A DNA stretch of 63,637 nt, filler included, from an uncultured Methanosarcinales archaeon (lineage in GTDB: Archaea; Nanobdellota; Nanobdellia; Woesearchaeales; CAYSVS01): the NCBI GenBank assembly GCA_964434475.1. It is 4 parts of 4 records of this genome, joined end to end, with 100 filler letters (N's around TTAATTAATTAA, not from the genome) between each part and the next. Parts side by side here need not be neighbours in the genome. Positions count along the whole stretch, not along the records: positions 50,961 to 63,637 come from CAYSVS010000036.1; 3 more parts are not named here. The stretch is one strand, 5' to 3'. The first letter of the stretch is position 1; each line of letters starts with the position of its first letter. Below are positions 56,009 through 63,637 of the stretch, piece after piece. The translations under genes and the position numbers were made by a program. The notes under the pieces were generated by a model. That model had not been told where the DNA came from. It searched no databases and saw only the letters and a list, made by a program, of their open reading frames with translations.

Positions 56009-57294
56009 TATTCTAGATCAGGATATAAAGGAAACTTCTCGCAAAGCTCAAGTATTCTCTGTTTTGTTTTTTGTATCATTTCTTCATTCTTGTAATCTTT
56101 AAGCAGATTAGACATCAAAATTCCGATTTGCTTCATCTCCTTATCCTTCATGCCCCTTGTTGTCAATGCAGGTGTGCCAATCCTTATCCCGCTCGGATTA
56201 AAAGGAGTTCTAGGATCAAAAGGAATCATATTTTTATTGGTATAGATTCCTGCTTCATCCAATACTTGCTCTGCTTCTTTGCCAGTGCATTCTAAGTTTG
56301 TTAGATCTATCAAAATTAAATGGTTATCTGTGCCATTGCTTACTAACTTTATACCATTTTCCATCAATGTTTCTGCTAATACCTTTGCATTTGCAATCGC
56401 TTGTTTTTGGTATTCTTTGAAATCAGGCTGCAATGCTTCATTGAATGCAACAGCTTTTGCTGCAATTATATGATCCAATGGTCCGCCTTGCATACCTGGA
56501 AAAACAGAAAAATCTATTTTTTGTGCCAAGTTTTTTTTACCTTCTGGATCTAATCTATCTTCTTTCTTGGATAATATGATCGCGCCTCTTGGTCCGCGCA
56601 ATGTTTTGTGGGTAGTGGTTGTGACAATATCGCAATAAGGTATAGGATCAGGATAAAGTTTTGCTGCAACCAATCCTGCAACATGAGCAATGTCTGCCAT
56701 TAAATAAGCATTGACTTTATCAGCTATCTCTCTAAAACGTTTGAAATCTAATTTTCCAGGATATGCTGAGAATCCTGCAAGTATCAACTTAGGCTTATGC
56801 TCTAAAGCAAGCTTTTCAACTTCATCCATGTCAATCATTCCTGTTTCTTTGTTAACTCCGTAAGGAATTATATTATATAGCTTGCCTGAAAAATTTACAG
56901 GTGAACCATGAGTTAAATGACCTCCATGTGCAAGATTCATGCCTAAAATAGTATCTCCGGTTTTAAGCACTGCAAAATATGCTGCCATGTTTGCACTGCT
57001 TCCAGAATGCGATTGTACATTAACATGTTCTGCGCCAAACAATTTTTTTGCCCTTTCAATTGCCAATTTTTCTGTTATGTCTATAAACTCATTACCACTG
57101 TAGTAACGCTTACCAGGATATCCTTCACTGTACTTGTTTGTTAATATAGTACCAGCTGCTTCCAATACTGCTCTGCTCACGAAGTTTTCACTTGCTATCA
57201 TCTCTACCCCATTCCTAGCTCTTTCAAGTTCTTTTTTAATCGCTTCGTAAACTTCAAAATCCTGTTGTTTTATTGATTCTAAAATTTTAATCAC
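56005..57294 (-). CDS. glyA: Serine hydroxymethyltransferase (bacterial type)
   Basis: [23 protein letters not shown] and [13 protein letters not shown]. Confidence 0.98.
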   Translation of the reverse strand: MIKILESIKQQDFEVYEAIKKELERARNGVEMIASENFVSRAVLEAAGTILTNKYSEGYPGKRYYSGNEFIDITEKLAIERAKKLFGAEHVNVQSHSGSSANMAAYFAVLKTGDTILGMNLAHGGHLTHGSPVNFSGKLYNIIPYGVNKETGMIDMDEVEKLALEHKPKLILAGFSAYPGKLDFKRFREIADKVNAYLMADIAHVAGLVAAKLYPDPIPYCDIVTTTTHKTLRGPRGAIILSKKEDRLDPEGKKNLAQKIDFSVFPGMQGGPLDHIIAAKAVAFNEALQPDFKEYQKQAIANAKVLAETLMENGIKLVSNGTDNHLILIDLTNLECTGKEAEQVLDEAGIYTNKNMIPFDPRTPFNPSGIRIGTPALTTRGMKDKEMKQIGILMSNLLKDYKNEEMIQKTKQRILELCEKFPLYPDLEY

Positions 57295-57757
57295 CTTTTT
57301 TCCTTTTGTAAATTATGAATTCAAAGTCATCAAAATCTTCCTTATGCTCTGGCTCCCATTCATCAAGGTTAAATTCAGGGAAATATGTATCACCTTCATA
57401 ATCCTCTTTTATCCATGACATATAGAGTTTGTCAACAACAGGCAGGAATTGTTTGTATATTGTTGAGCCACCTATTACAAATGTATCTTTTCCGTATTCT
57501 TTTGCTTTTTCTATTGCTTCTTCAACACTTGAACAAACATCTATGCCCTCTGTTTCCAGCATTGATCTGCTTATCACTATATTGTTTCTGTTAGGCAATG
57601 GTCTACCTATTGATTCATATGTTTTTCTACCCATTATTACAGTGCAATCATTCGTGTGTTTTTTGAAATTTTTTAGGTCTTCAGAAATACGCCAAGGCAA
57701 ATCATTGTTTTTTCCTATTACCTTTTGTTTTGTCAATCCAACTATAATTGCTATCAT
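57287..57757 (-). CDS. folA: Dihydrofolate reductase
   Basis: [31 protein letters not shown] and GDTYFP. Confidence 0.97.
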   Translation of the reverse strand: MIAIIVGLTKQKVIGKNNDLPWRISEDLKNFKKHTNDCTVIMGRKTYESIGRPLPNRNNIVISRSMLETEGIDVCSSVEEAIEKAKEYGKDTFVIGGSTIYKQFLPVVDKLYMSWIKEDYEGDTYFPEFNLDEWEPEHKEDFDDFEFIIYKRKKGD

Positions 57758-57768
57758 TTTTATTTTAC

Positions 57769-58635
57769 CTAAACTGCAATGTCAAACTTTATCCTTGGAT
57801 GAGGGTCATATCCTTCTATCTCTGTGTCTTCGTGTTTCCAATCAAATATTGAAGTGAAATTGTTTGTCTTTATCTTAGGCAATTTCTTTGGTTCTCTAGA
57901 CAATTGCTCTTTTAGTCCTTCAACATGATTTTTGTAAATGTGTGTGTCAGCTAAGAATCCAACTAACTTGCCTTCTTCATATCCTGTTTCTTTTGCCAAT
58001 AGATGAAGTAATAAAGCATAGCTTGCAATATTAAAGGGCAACCCAAGTGCAGTATCTACACTTCTTTGGTTCCAAAGCAAATTTAGTTTGTTGTTTATCA
58101 CAGTAACCTGAAAACCATAATGACAAGGCGGCAGAGCCATCCTGTGTAAATCTTTAGGATTCCATGCCATAACTATCATCCTTCTGTCATGGGGTTTTTC
58201 CTTCAATGTCTTGATTATATTTTTTAGCTGATCTATGCCTTCTGTCTCAGTAGGTTGATCATAAGCAACATATTTTGCTCCAAATTTTCGCCATTGATAA
58301 CCATAAATTGGCCCTAGCTCTCTTTCCTCTTCCATCTTTTTCTTAGTCTCTTCCTCATGTCCATAAGCAACCTTATCAGGAGAACACCATTCATTCCATA
58401 TAAAATTTCTTCTGTCTCTTAGCCAATTTTTATCAGTAATACCTTTGATAAAGAATTCCAATTCTGAAGCTACAAGCCTCATAGGAACCTTTTTAGTAGT
58501 AAGCAAAGGAAAACCATCCTTCATATCATGCTCAAACATCGCACCAGCGATTGCAATAGTTCCAGTTCCTGTTCTGTCGTCTTTATATTCTCCTTTTTCC
58601 AGAATATGTCTTATAATATCAAGATAAGCTTGCAA
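57769..58635 (-). CDS. thyA: Thymidylate synthase (ThyA)
   Basis: DRTGTGT, FPLLTTKK, MALPPCH and QRSVD..LGLPFNIASY; TTG start after GGGGTG. Confidence 0.97.
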   Translation of the reverse strand: MQAYLDIIRHILEKGEYKDDRTGTGTIAIAGAMFEHDMKDGFPLLTTKKVPMRLVASELEFFIKGITDKNWLRDRRNFIWNEWCSPDKVAYGHEEETKKKMEEERELGPIYGYQWRKFGAKYVAYDQPTETEGIDQLKNIIKTLKEKPHDRRMIVMAWNPKDLHRMALPPCHYGFQVTVINNKLNLLWNQRSVDTALGLPFNIASYALLLHLLAKETGYEEGKLVGFLADTHIYKNHVEGLKEQLSREPKKLPKIKTNNFTSIFDWKHEDTEIEGYDPHPRIKFDIAV

Positions 58636-58736
58636 TCTAAACACCCCCAGATGAAAGAAGAACAAACTCATTTAAATAGTTTTATATTATAAAATAACAA
58701 CAAATTTAAATCATATAAAATAATACAATCTTCAGT

Positions 58737-59303
58737 ATGTTAATAATCGGAATCACCGGAACAAATGGTGCAGGAAAAGGCAGTATTGTTGAATATCTGA
58801 AAACAAAAGGATTTGAGCATTATTCTGCAAGGGGCTTTATCTATGAAGAGATAGATAGAAGAGAATTAGAAAGAAACAGAGACAATCTGATAGCAGCAGC
58901 AAACGAACTTGCTGAAAAGTACGGACCTAACCATATTGCTGTGCAATTATTTGAAAGAGCACAAAAATCTGGAAAAGATGTGGTTATTGAAAGCTTAAGA
59001 AGGCCTGCAGAAATAATATCTTTAAGAGAAAAAGGAAATTTCTATATGTTTGCTGTTGATGCAGATAGAAAGACAAGATATGAAAGGAATAAAGGCAGGA
59101 AAGTAGATCCTGATGATGTTAACTTTCAAAAGTTTGTAGAACTAGAACAAAAAGAATATACAAATACAGATCCTAACAAACAAAATTTGAAAAAATGCAT
59201 AGAGATGTCTGATTATAAGTTTGTAAACAATAGCACATTTGAAGAATTGTATAGGCAAGTGGATAAAGTGCTTGAAGAGATAGGATTTGATAAGAAAAAT
59301 TAG
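58737..59303 (+). CDS. P-loop nucleotide kinase (dephospho-CoA/NMP kinase-like)
   Basis: IIGITGTNGAGKG and VVIESLRRPAE. Confidence 0.75.
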   Translation: MLIIGITGTNGAGKGSIVEYLKTKGFEHYSARGFIYEEIDRRELERNRDNLIAAANELAEKYGPNHIAVQLFERAQKSGKDVVIESLRRPAEIISLREKGNFYMFAVDADRKTRYERNKGRKVDPDDVNFQKFVELEQKEYTNTDPNKQNLKKCIEMSDYKFVNNSTFEELYRQVDKVLEEIGFDKKN

Positions 59304-59305
59304 AA

Positions 59306-59572
59306 TCAATCAACAATCCTTATCAACTTCTGCTTACTAGTAAATCCGTTTAATATCTTGACTTCTTTCTTCAATCTTTTTTTTAGAAATCTTATCAGTT
59401 CTATGTTAGCTTTGCCCTGCTCGGGCTTAGCATGTAATGCTATCCGCAGAGCTTTTTTGTTTTTATCATAACCAATAACCTCTGTTTTAGGTGAATTGGG
59501 TTTAACGATCACTAAGAGTTTAAAGTTTTCTGGGTTGATATATTCATTTATATCCGTATCAATTTTTGACAT
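59306..59572 (-). CDS. UPF0235/YggU (DUF167) protein
   Basis: VKPNS...AKPEQGKANIELI..L...GFTSKQK. Confidence 0.85.
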   Translation of the reverse strand: MSKIDTDINEYINPENFKLLVIVKPNSPKTEVIGYDKNKKALRIALHAKPEQGKANIELIRFLKKRLKKEVKILNGFTSKQKLIRIVD

Positions 59573-59628
59573 AATGAAAAAAAATTTAATTAAAAATATA
59601 TAATGCTTGCGGTCAATTTGCAATTATA

Positions 59629-60843
59629 TTATGTCGCATAATTATTGAAATAATTCTGCACAACAACTATAGGTGTTCCTTGATCTCCGCTTCCGCTTGT
59701 TAAGTCGAACAAACTGCCCAACAAGTCTGTCAACTGCCTAGGTGTTGTTCCCTGCGATGCCATTTTTCCAACCAGGTTATTATCTTTTTTGCGAATATGT
59801 TCTTTCATAGCTTCTTCTGCTTCTTCTCGAGTCAATCCTTTCAACTGGTTGTCTGCAAAATATTTCATCTTTATCTCGTTAGGTGTGCCTTTCAATCCAT
59901 CGGTGTATCCAGGTGAAACAACTGGATCTGCAAGCTCCCAGATCTTTCCTACAGGATCCTTGAAAGCACCATCTCCATACACCATAACTTCAATATTCTT
60001 GCCTGTAAGTTCCTTCATCCTCTTTTGTATTTCGCGAACATATTTATCGCAATCTCTAGGAAATAATTTTAATCTCTCATCTGTAGCCATATTAGAGCCA
60101 AGCAGACCATATTCCTCATTATAACCTCTTCCTTCAACAGGAGTTGAGCAGATATCATCAAGACCGTATACATTGAGATGAGATCCAAATTTTCTTAAAA
60201 TATGTTTAGTTCTTTTTCGGGTATGGATGTCTGCTGTAAGTATATTAGATGTAAGAGAAAGTAAAGAATTCATCTGATTTGATAAAAATATATTGGGCAC
60301 TGCATCTTGTGAAGCAATTATTTCATTATAAAAAGCCACATAATCCACGCCAGTGAAAGGATGTTTGGCAGCTTCACCGAAAATTTCCCTATACTTTATT
60401 TCATATAAAATATCCTTATTAGGATTTATATCATTTTGATCCATCATATCAACATCCATCAAAGGATTGCCAACTTCATCGCCAGGGTAACTCAATTGCA
60501 AAAACACTACATCAGAAGCTCTCGCTATTCCTTTTAGTATCAACGAAAAGCGATTTCTGCTAAGTATAGGAAACATTACACCTACATGTCCTCCACATGC
60601 TCCTCCTGAATACTTTTCCCTTATCTCGTTTGCAATATCATCTATAGTAACATAATTTCCTTGAGAACGCGCAACTGTTGACTCGGTTATTCCTATAACA
60701 TCCCTTTCTTTTGGCTTGTATTCACCAGCATCAATCGAATTTTTCAAAGAACCAACAACAATATCAACAATATCATCTCCTTCCTGAACAATAGGAGCTT
60801 TAACACCCATAACAATTCTTCCTAAAGTTGAACCATTTGACAT
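59629..60843 (-). CDS. CofE/F420-0:gamma-glutamyl ligase family protein
   Basis: APIVQEGDDI, VIGITESTVARSQG, YGDGAFKDP and DLTSGSGDQGTPIVVV. Confidence 0.8.
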   Translation of the reverse strand: MSNGSTLGRIVMGVKAPIVQEGDDIVDIVVGSLKNSIDAGEYKPKERDVIGITESTVARSQGNYVTIDDIANEIREKYSGGACGGHVGVMFPILSRNRFSLILKGIARASDVVFLQLSYPGDEVGNPLMDVDMMDQNDINPNKDILYEIKYREIFGEAAKHPFTGVDYVAFYNEIIASQDAVPNIFLSNQMNSLLSLTSNILTADIHTRKRTKHILRKFGSHLNVYGLDDICSTPVEGRGYNEEYGLLGSNMATDERLKLFPRDCDKYVREIQKRMKELTGKNIEVMVYGDGAFKDPVGKIWELADPVVSPGYTDGLKGTPNEIKMKYFADNQLKGLTREEAEEAMKEHIRKKDNNLVGKMASQGTTPRQLTDLLGSLFDLTSGSGDQGTPIVVVQNYFNNYAT

Positions 60844-60948
60844 AAATATCACCCGGGAAAAAACACCCCATATTACCTTTATAATGATTGTTGTAATAGA
60901 AATGATGTTATAGAAAATAAATGATAAAAATATATTAAAAATAATAAA

Positions 60949-61272
60949 TCAGTTATTCTCACGCCATTGATGCTTGCACTTCGTGCATTTGTAGAATTCT
61001 GTCTCTGGCTCATCTCCAGCTCTAGTTTGCAAAGTCCAGAAAAAAGCCTTGCCATTGCCGCATTTAGAACATTCCTTGTCAACAACAGGATGTGTTTCGA
61101 CATCTTCTTCAACAACCTCAACATCAGGCTTTTCTTTCTGCTCTATTTTCTCGCTCAATTTCATCTCATTGACATCCTTTTTCTTGAAGTTGCATTTAGG
61201 ACATGCCATATATTTCTTTTTTCCTTCTCCTTTAAGCACCATTATGCTTCCGCATTTTTCACAAAACATCAT
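60949..61272 (-). CDS. tfs: Transcription factor S (TFS/RpoM)
   Basis: Two zinc ribbons; QTRAGDEPET. Confidence 0.95.
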   Translation of the reverse strand: MMFCEKCGSIMVLKGEGKKKYMACPKCNFKKKDVNEMKLSEKIEQKEKPDVEVVEEDVETHPVVDKECSKCGNGKAFFWTLQTRAGDEPETEFYKCTKCKHQWRENN

Positions 61273-61278
61273 AAATCA

Positions 61279-61926
61279 TTACCCCCTAAAAATATCAATT
61301 CCAAGTTCTATAAGTTTAACGAATCCTATCTTTACATAACCAAGCAAAGGCACCCTAAAAACAGCCTTACCTATGATCTGATCCTCCTTGATAAGAACTT
61401 CGTCCAACATATGATTATCGATAGATCTTATATTATGATCTCCTTTTGTCATAAATATATACTTTTCACTTGTTTTATTTATCCTGATTATCCTATGAAT
61501 GATAGGATCAGGTCTATTGCTTTTGAAAACCAAAACATCTCCTACTTCAAAGTTATTAGGCTTTGTTCCGTACAATATCATTATATCTCCTGTATTAAAA
61601 CCATTCTTGTAAGGAAATTCTTCAAACTCCTCTCTTGTAATCCCTAAATCTGCGTAAAATTCTTTTTGTGTGCATCTTTCATTGCCGCATATAGCATATG
61701 AACTCCACCATTCGTCAAAATTACCATCATGCTCCATACTTCCTGAAACAACAGCAACGATAGGATAACCAGTAGATAATGTGAAACCAAGAACAGGATA
61801 TACTATAAACTTGATCAAAACAAAAGCAAGAATAATATTTGCGATCCAACTCCATACGCTATCGTCTTCCCAAATAAAGTACCATGTTTTTTTCCATAAC
61901 TGCTTTAATGATTTTTTATTACTCAT
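61279..61926 (-). CDS. sec11: Signal peptidase I (Sec11 type)
   Basis: VVSGSMEH, PIIHR and TKGDHN. Confidence 0.92.
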   Translation of the reverse strand: MSNKKSLKQLWKKTWYFIWEDDSVWSWIANIILAFVLIKFIVYPVLGFTLSTGYPIVAVVSGSMEHDGNFDEWWSSYAICGNERCTQKEFYADLGITREEFEEFPYKNGFNTGDIMILYGTKPNNFEVGDVLVFKSNRPDPIIHRIIRINKTSEKYIFMTKGDHNIRSIDNHMLDEVLIKEDQIIGKAVFRVPLLGYVKIGFVKLIELGIDIFRG

Positions 61927-61979
61927 ATCCGGAAAAGATATAAAAACAATTATAAATGTTACGGTTTTTATACTACAAC

Positions 61980-62963
61980 ATGAAACAATGCCCCCTATGT
62001 GGAAAAAAGAAAAAAGAATTTGTTGAAGGGATCTGTCTATATTGCTACATTAAAAAGAATGATGTTGTCTCAGGATTCAAAGATATAATTATAGAAAAAT
62101 GCGATTTTTGCGGAGCTTACAAATATAAAGACAAGTTTCTTCATGGAGACGATATAATCAACAAGATAGTAAAAGATTGCCTGAGTTTTGATAAGAATTA
62201 TGAAATAATAGGATTGAAAAGTAAACTTGATAAAAAAGAAGTATATGTATATATAAAAGCGAAGCTCGGATCTAAAGTCATAGAAAGAGAATATATATTT
62301 CCTAGGGAGATTAAAGGCATAACATGCAAAAAGTGTTCAAAAAAAGGCACGCAATATTTTGAAGGGATATTACAGATAAGAAGCTCAAACAAGGAAAATA
62401 TTGAAAAAGCGCATGAATTCATAGAAAACGACCTGAAGAATTCAGAGAAAAAAGGATATTTCTGCAGCAAGTTAGTCGAGATTAAAAAAGGTAAAGACTA
62501 TTTTCTCACATCACAGAATTATATACAGGAACTAGCGCAAAAAGTATTCAATGAATTTGGCTATGAGATAAAGGTTAATGCGCAATTGTTCTCAAGAAAC
62601 AAACAAAAAAGTAAAGATATATTCAGGGTTAATGCATTAGTCAATCTTCCCAATTTTAAGAAAGGAGATACTATTGATATCAACGGCAACATACTTAAAA
62701 TCAAGAGTGTAAAAGGAAAATTCCTGCAGGCACATGATCTAGAAAAAGACAAAGATGTCAAGATGGAGTTGAAAGGCAAAAAATACGACATAATAGCAGA
62801 TGAAAAAAATTATCATGAGACAGAGGTTGTACAGGATAAGCCAAATGTTAAAGTTTTGCACCCCATTAATTTCCAAGCTGTAGAGCCACAGAACAAGGTG
62901 AAGTTAAAAGCAGGAGAAAAAGTAAAAGTTCTTGTTATAGGAGATAAAGTTTGGATAGTATGA
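61980..62963 (+). CDS. NMD3 family ribosome maturation protein
   Basis: Four CxxC pairs, YFEGILQIR and KDIFRVNALV. Confidence 0.85.
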   Translation: MKQCPLCGKKKKEFVEGICLYCYIKKNDVVSGFKDIIIEKCDFCGAYKYKDKFLHGDDIINKIVKDCLSFDKNYEIIGLKSKLDKKEVYVYIKAKLGSKVIEREYIFPREIKGITCKKCSKKGTQYFEGILQIRSSNKENIEKAHEFIENDLKNSEKKGYFCSKLVEIKKGKDYFLTSQNYIQELAQKVFNEFGYEIKVNAQLFSRNKQKSKDIFRVNALVNLPNFKKGDTIDINGNILKIKSVKGKFLQAHDLEKDKDVKMELKGKKYDIIADEKNYHETEVVQDKPNVKVLHPINFQAVEPQNKVKLKAGEKVKVLVIGDKVWIV

Positions 62964-63533
62964 TCATAAATTAAGGTCGCCTAAATCTGAACTGCTATTT
63001 GAACTCATTGGTTCTTCTGCATCTGGAGTATACTTCTTGATAAGAGCGAGTAGACCTATCAACACAGGATAAAGCATAATCAAATCAAGTACAACATACC
63101 AATCTATCGTCAATGTCCCATAAGCCCAAAGAATAGCAATTGTGGATAAAAAATAAACAGGACTTGGAGAAGCAAGCATAAAAGTCGTCTTTCCCGAAAA
63201 CTTATGCTTAAAAGATACATAAGCTATAAAAAACCCGTAAAACATAATCATTATTACCAACAAGAATTTAGGCCAAGTAAAATTTTGAAGCTTGTTCTGG
63301 AAAAGATATCTCATAAGGTTTACGGTTATCCATGTCAAAGAAATACCGTTGCCTAAAGCGGTGTTCCATCCAAGATCTTCACTCTTGTGTTTTGCAAAAT
63401 ACAATTCAAGAACAATCCAGAAGATAAACACAGGAGCCAAAACCCACCATATGCTTAAATCTTTGAAAGGAGCTTTGAGTATTTCCTTAAATGCTTCCCA
63501 CATTCCTGTTCCTAATACCTGCCAAAAAGCCAT
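62964..63533 (-). CDS. Conserved membrane protein
   Basis: Multi-TM ORF with ELYF...LGWNTALGNG. Confidence 0.7.
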   Translation of the reverse strand: MAFWQVLGTGMWEAFKEILKAPFKDLSIWWVLAPVFIFWIVLELYFAKHKSEDLGWNTALGNGISLTWITVNLMRYLFQNKLQNFTWPKFLLVIMIMFYGFFIAYVSFKHKFSGKTTFMLASPSPVYFLSTIAILWAYGTLTIDWYVVLDLIMLYPVLIGLLALIKKYTPDAEEPMSSNSSSDLGDLNL

Positions 63534-63637
63534 AATAATAAAATAAGAAGTATAGTTTAAATATTTTATGATTATTTTAGCTTTATGTACGATTTGAAAA
63601 TTCTTGCAATTTCTATATTTATTAATTTTGCAATATT

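Overview
This is an AT-rich archaeal scaffold, most likely from a DPANN (Woesearchaeota-like) genome bin; the taxonomy is inferred from gene content and protein style. It is not contiguous. Three N-TTAATTAATTAA-N linkers (17726-17825, 34716-34815, 50861-50960) look like artificial contig joins, and there is a plain 100-N gap at 47908-48007. Core content includes the rpoH-rpoB''-rpoB'-rpoA'-rpoA''-L30e-nusA operon, RFC large subunit, class II aldolase, GlyRS, RPA/SSB, RNase HII and HIII, TFS, Sec11, NMD3, eL41, the 3' end of 23S rRNA and six tRNAs. Accessory content includes two toxin-antitoxin pairs with palindromic operators (one HEPN toxin broken by a single amber codon), a Cas4 fragment, IS ends, and a pilus/secretion ATPase-platform module. 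It also includes a coupled secreted-lipase, small membrane protein and giant PKD protein operon, and a dNTP/folate cluster (nrdJ, cobO, folK, glyA, folA, thyA, a kinase and a CofE-like ligase). The strongest unexplained signals are: (i) small hairpin elements behind two different tRNAs that duplicate the tRNA 3' end from the same T-loop position, one amplified into a 117-bp tandem array; (ii) a three-intron tRNA-Ile(GAU), a two-intron tRNA-Lys and a rare tRNA-Ile(UAU); (iii) a CofE-family ligase in a folate rather than F420 context.
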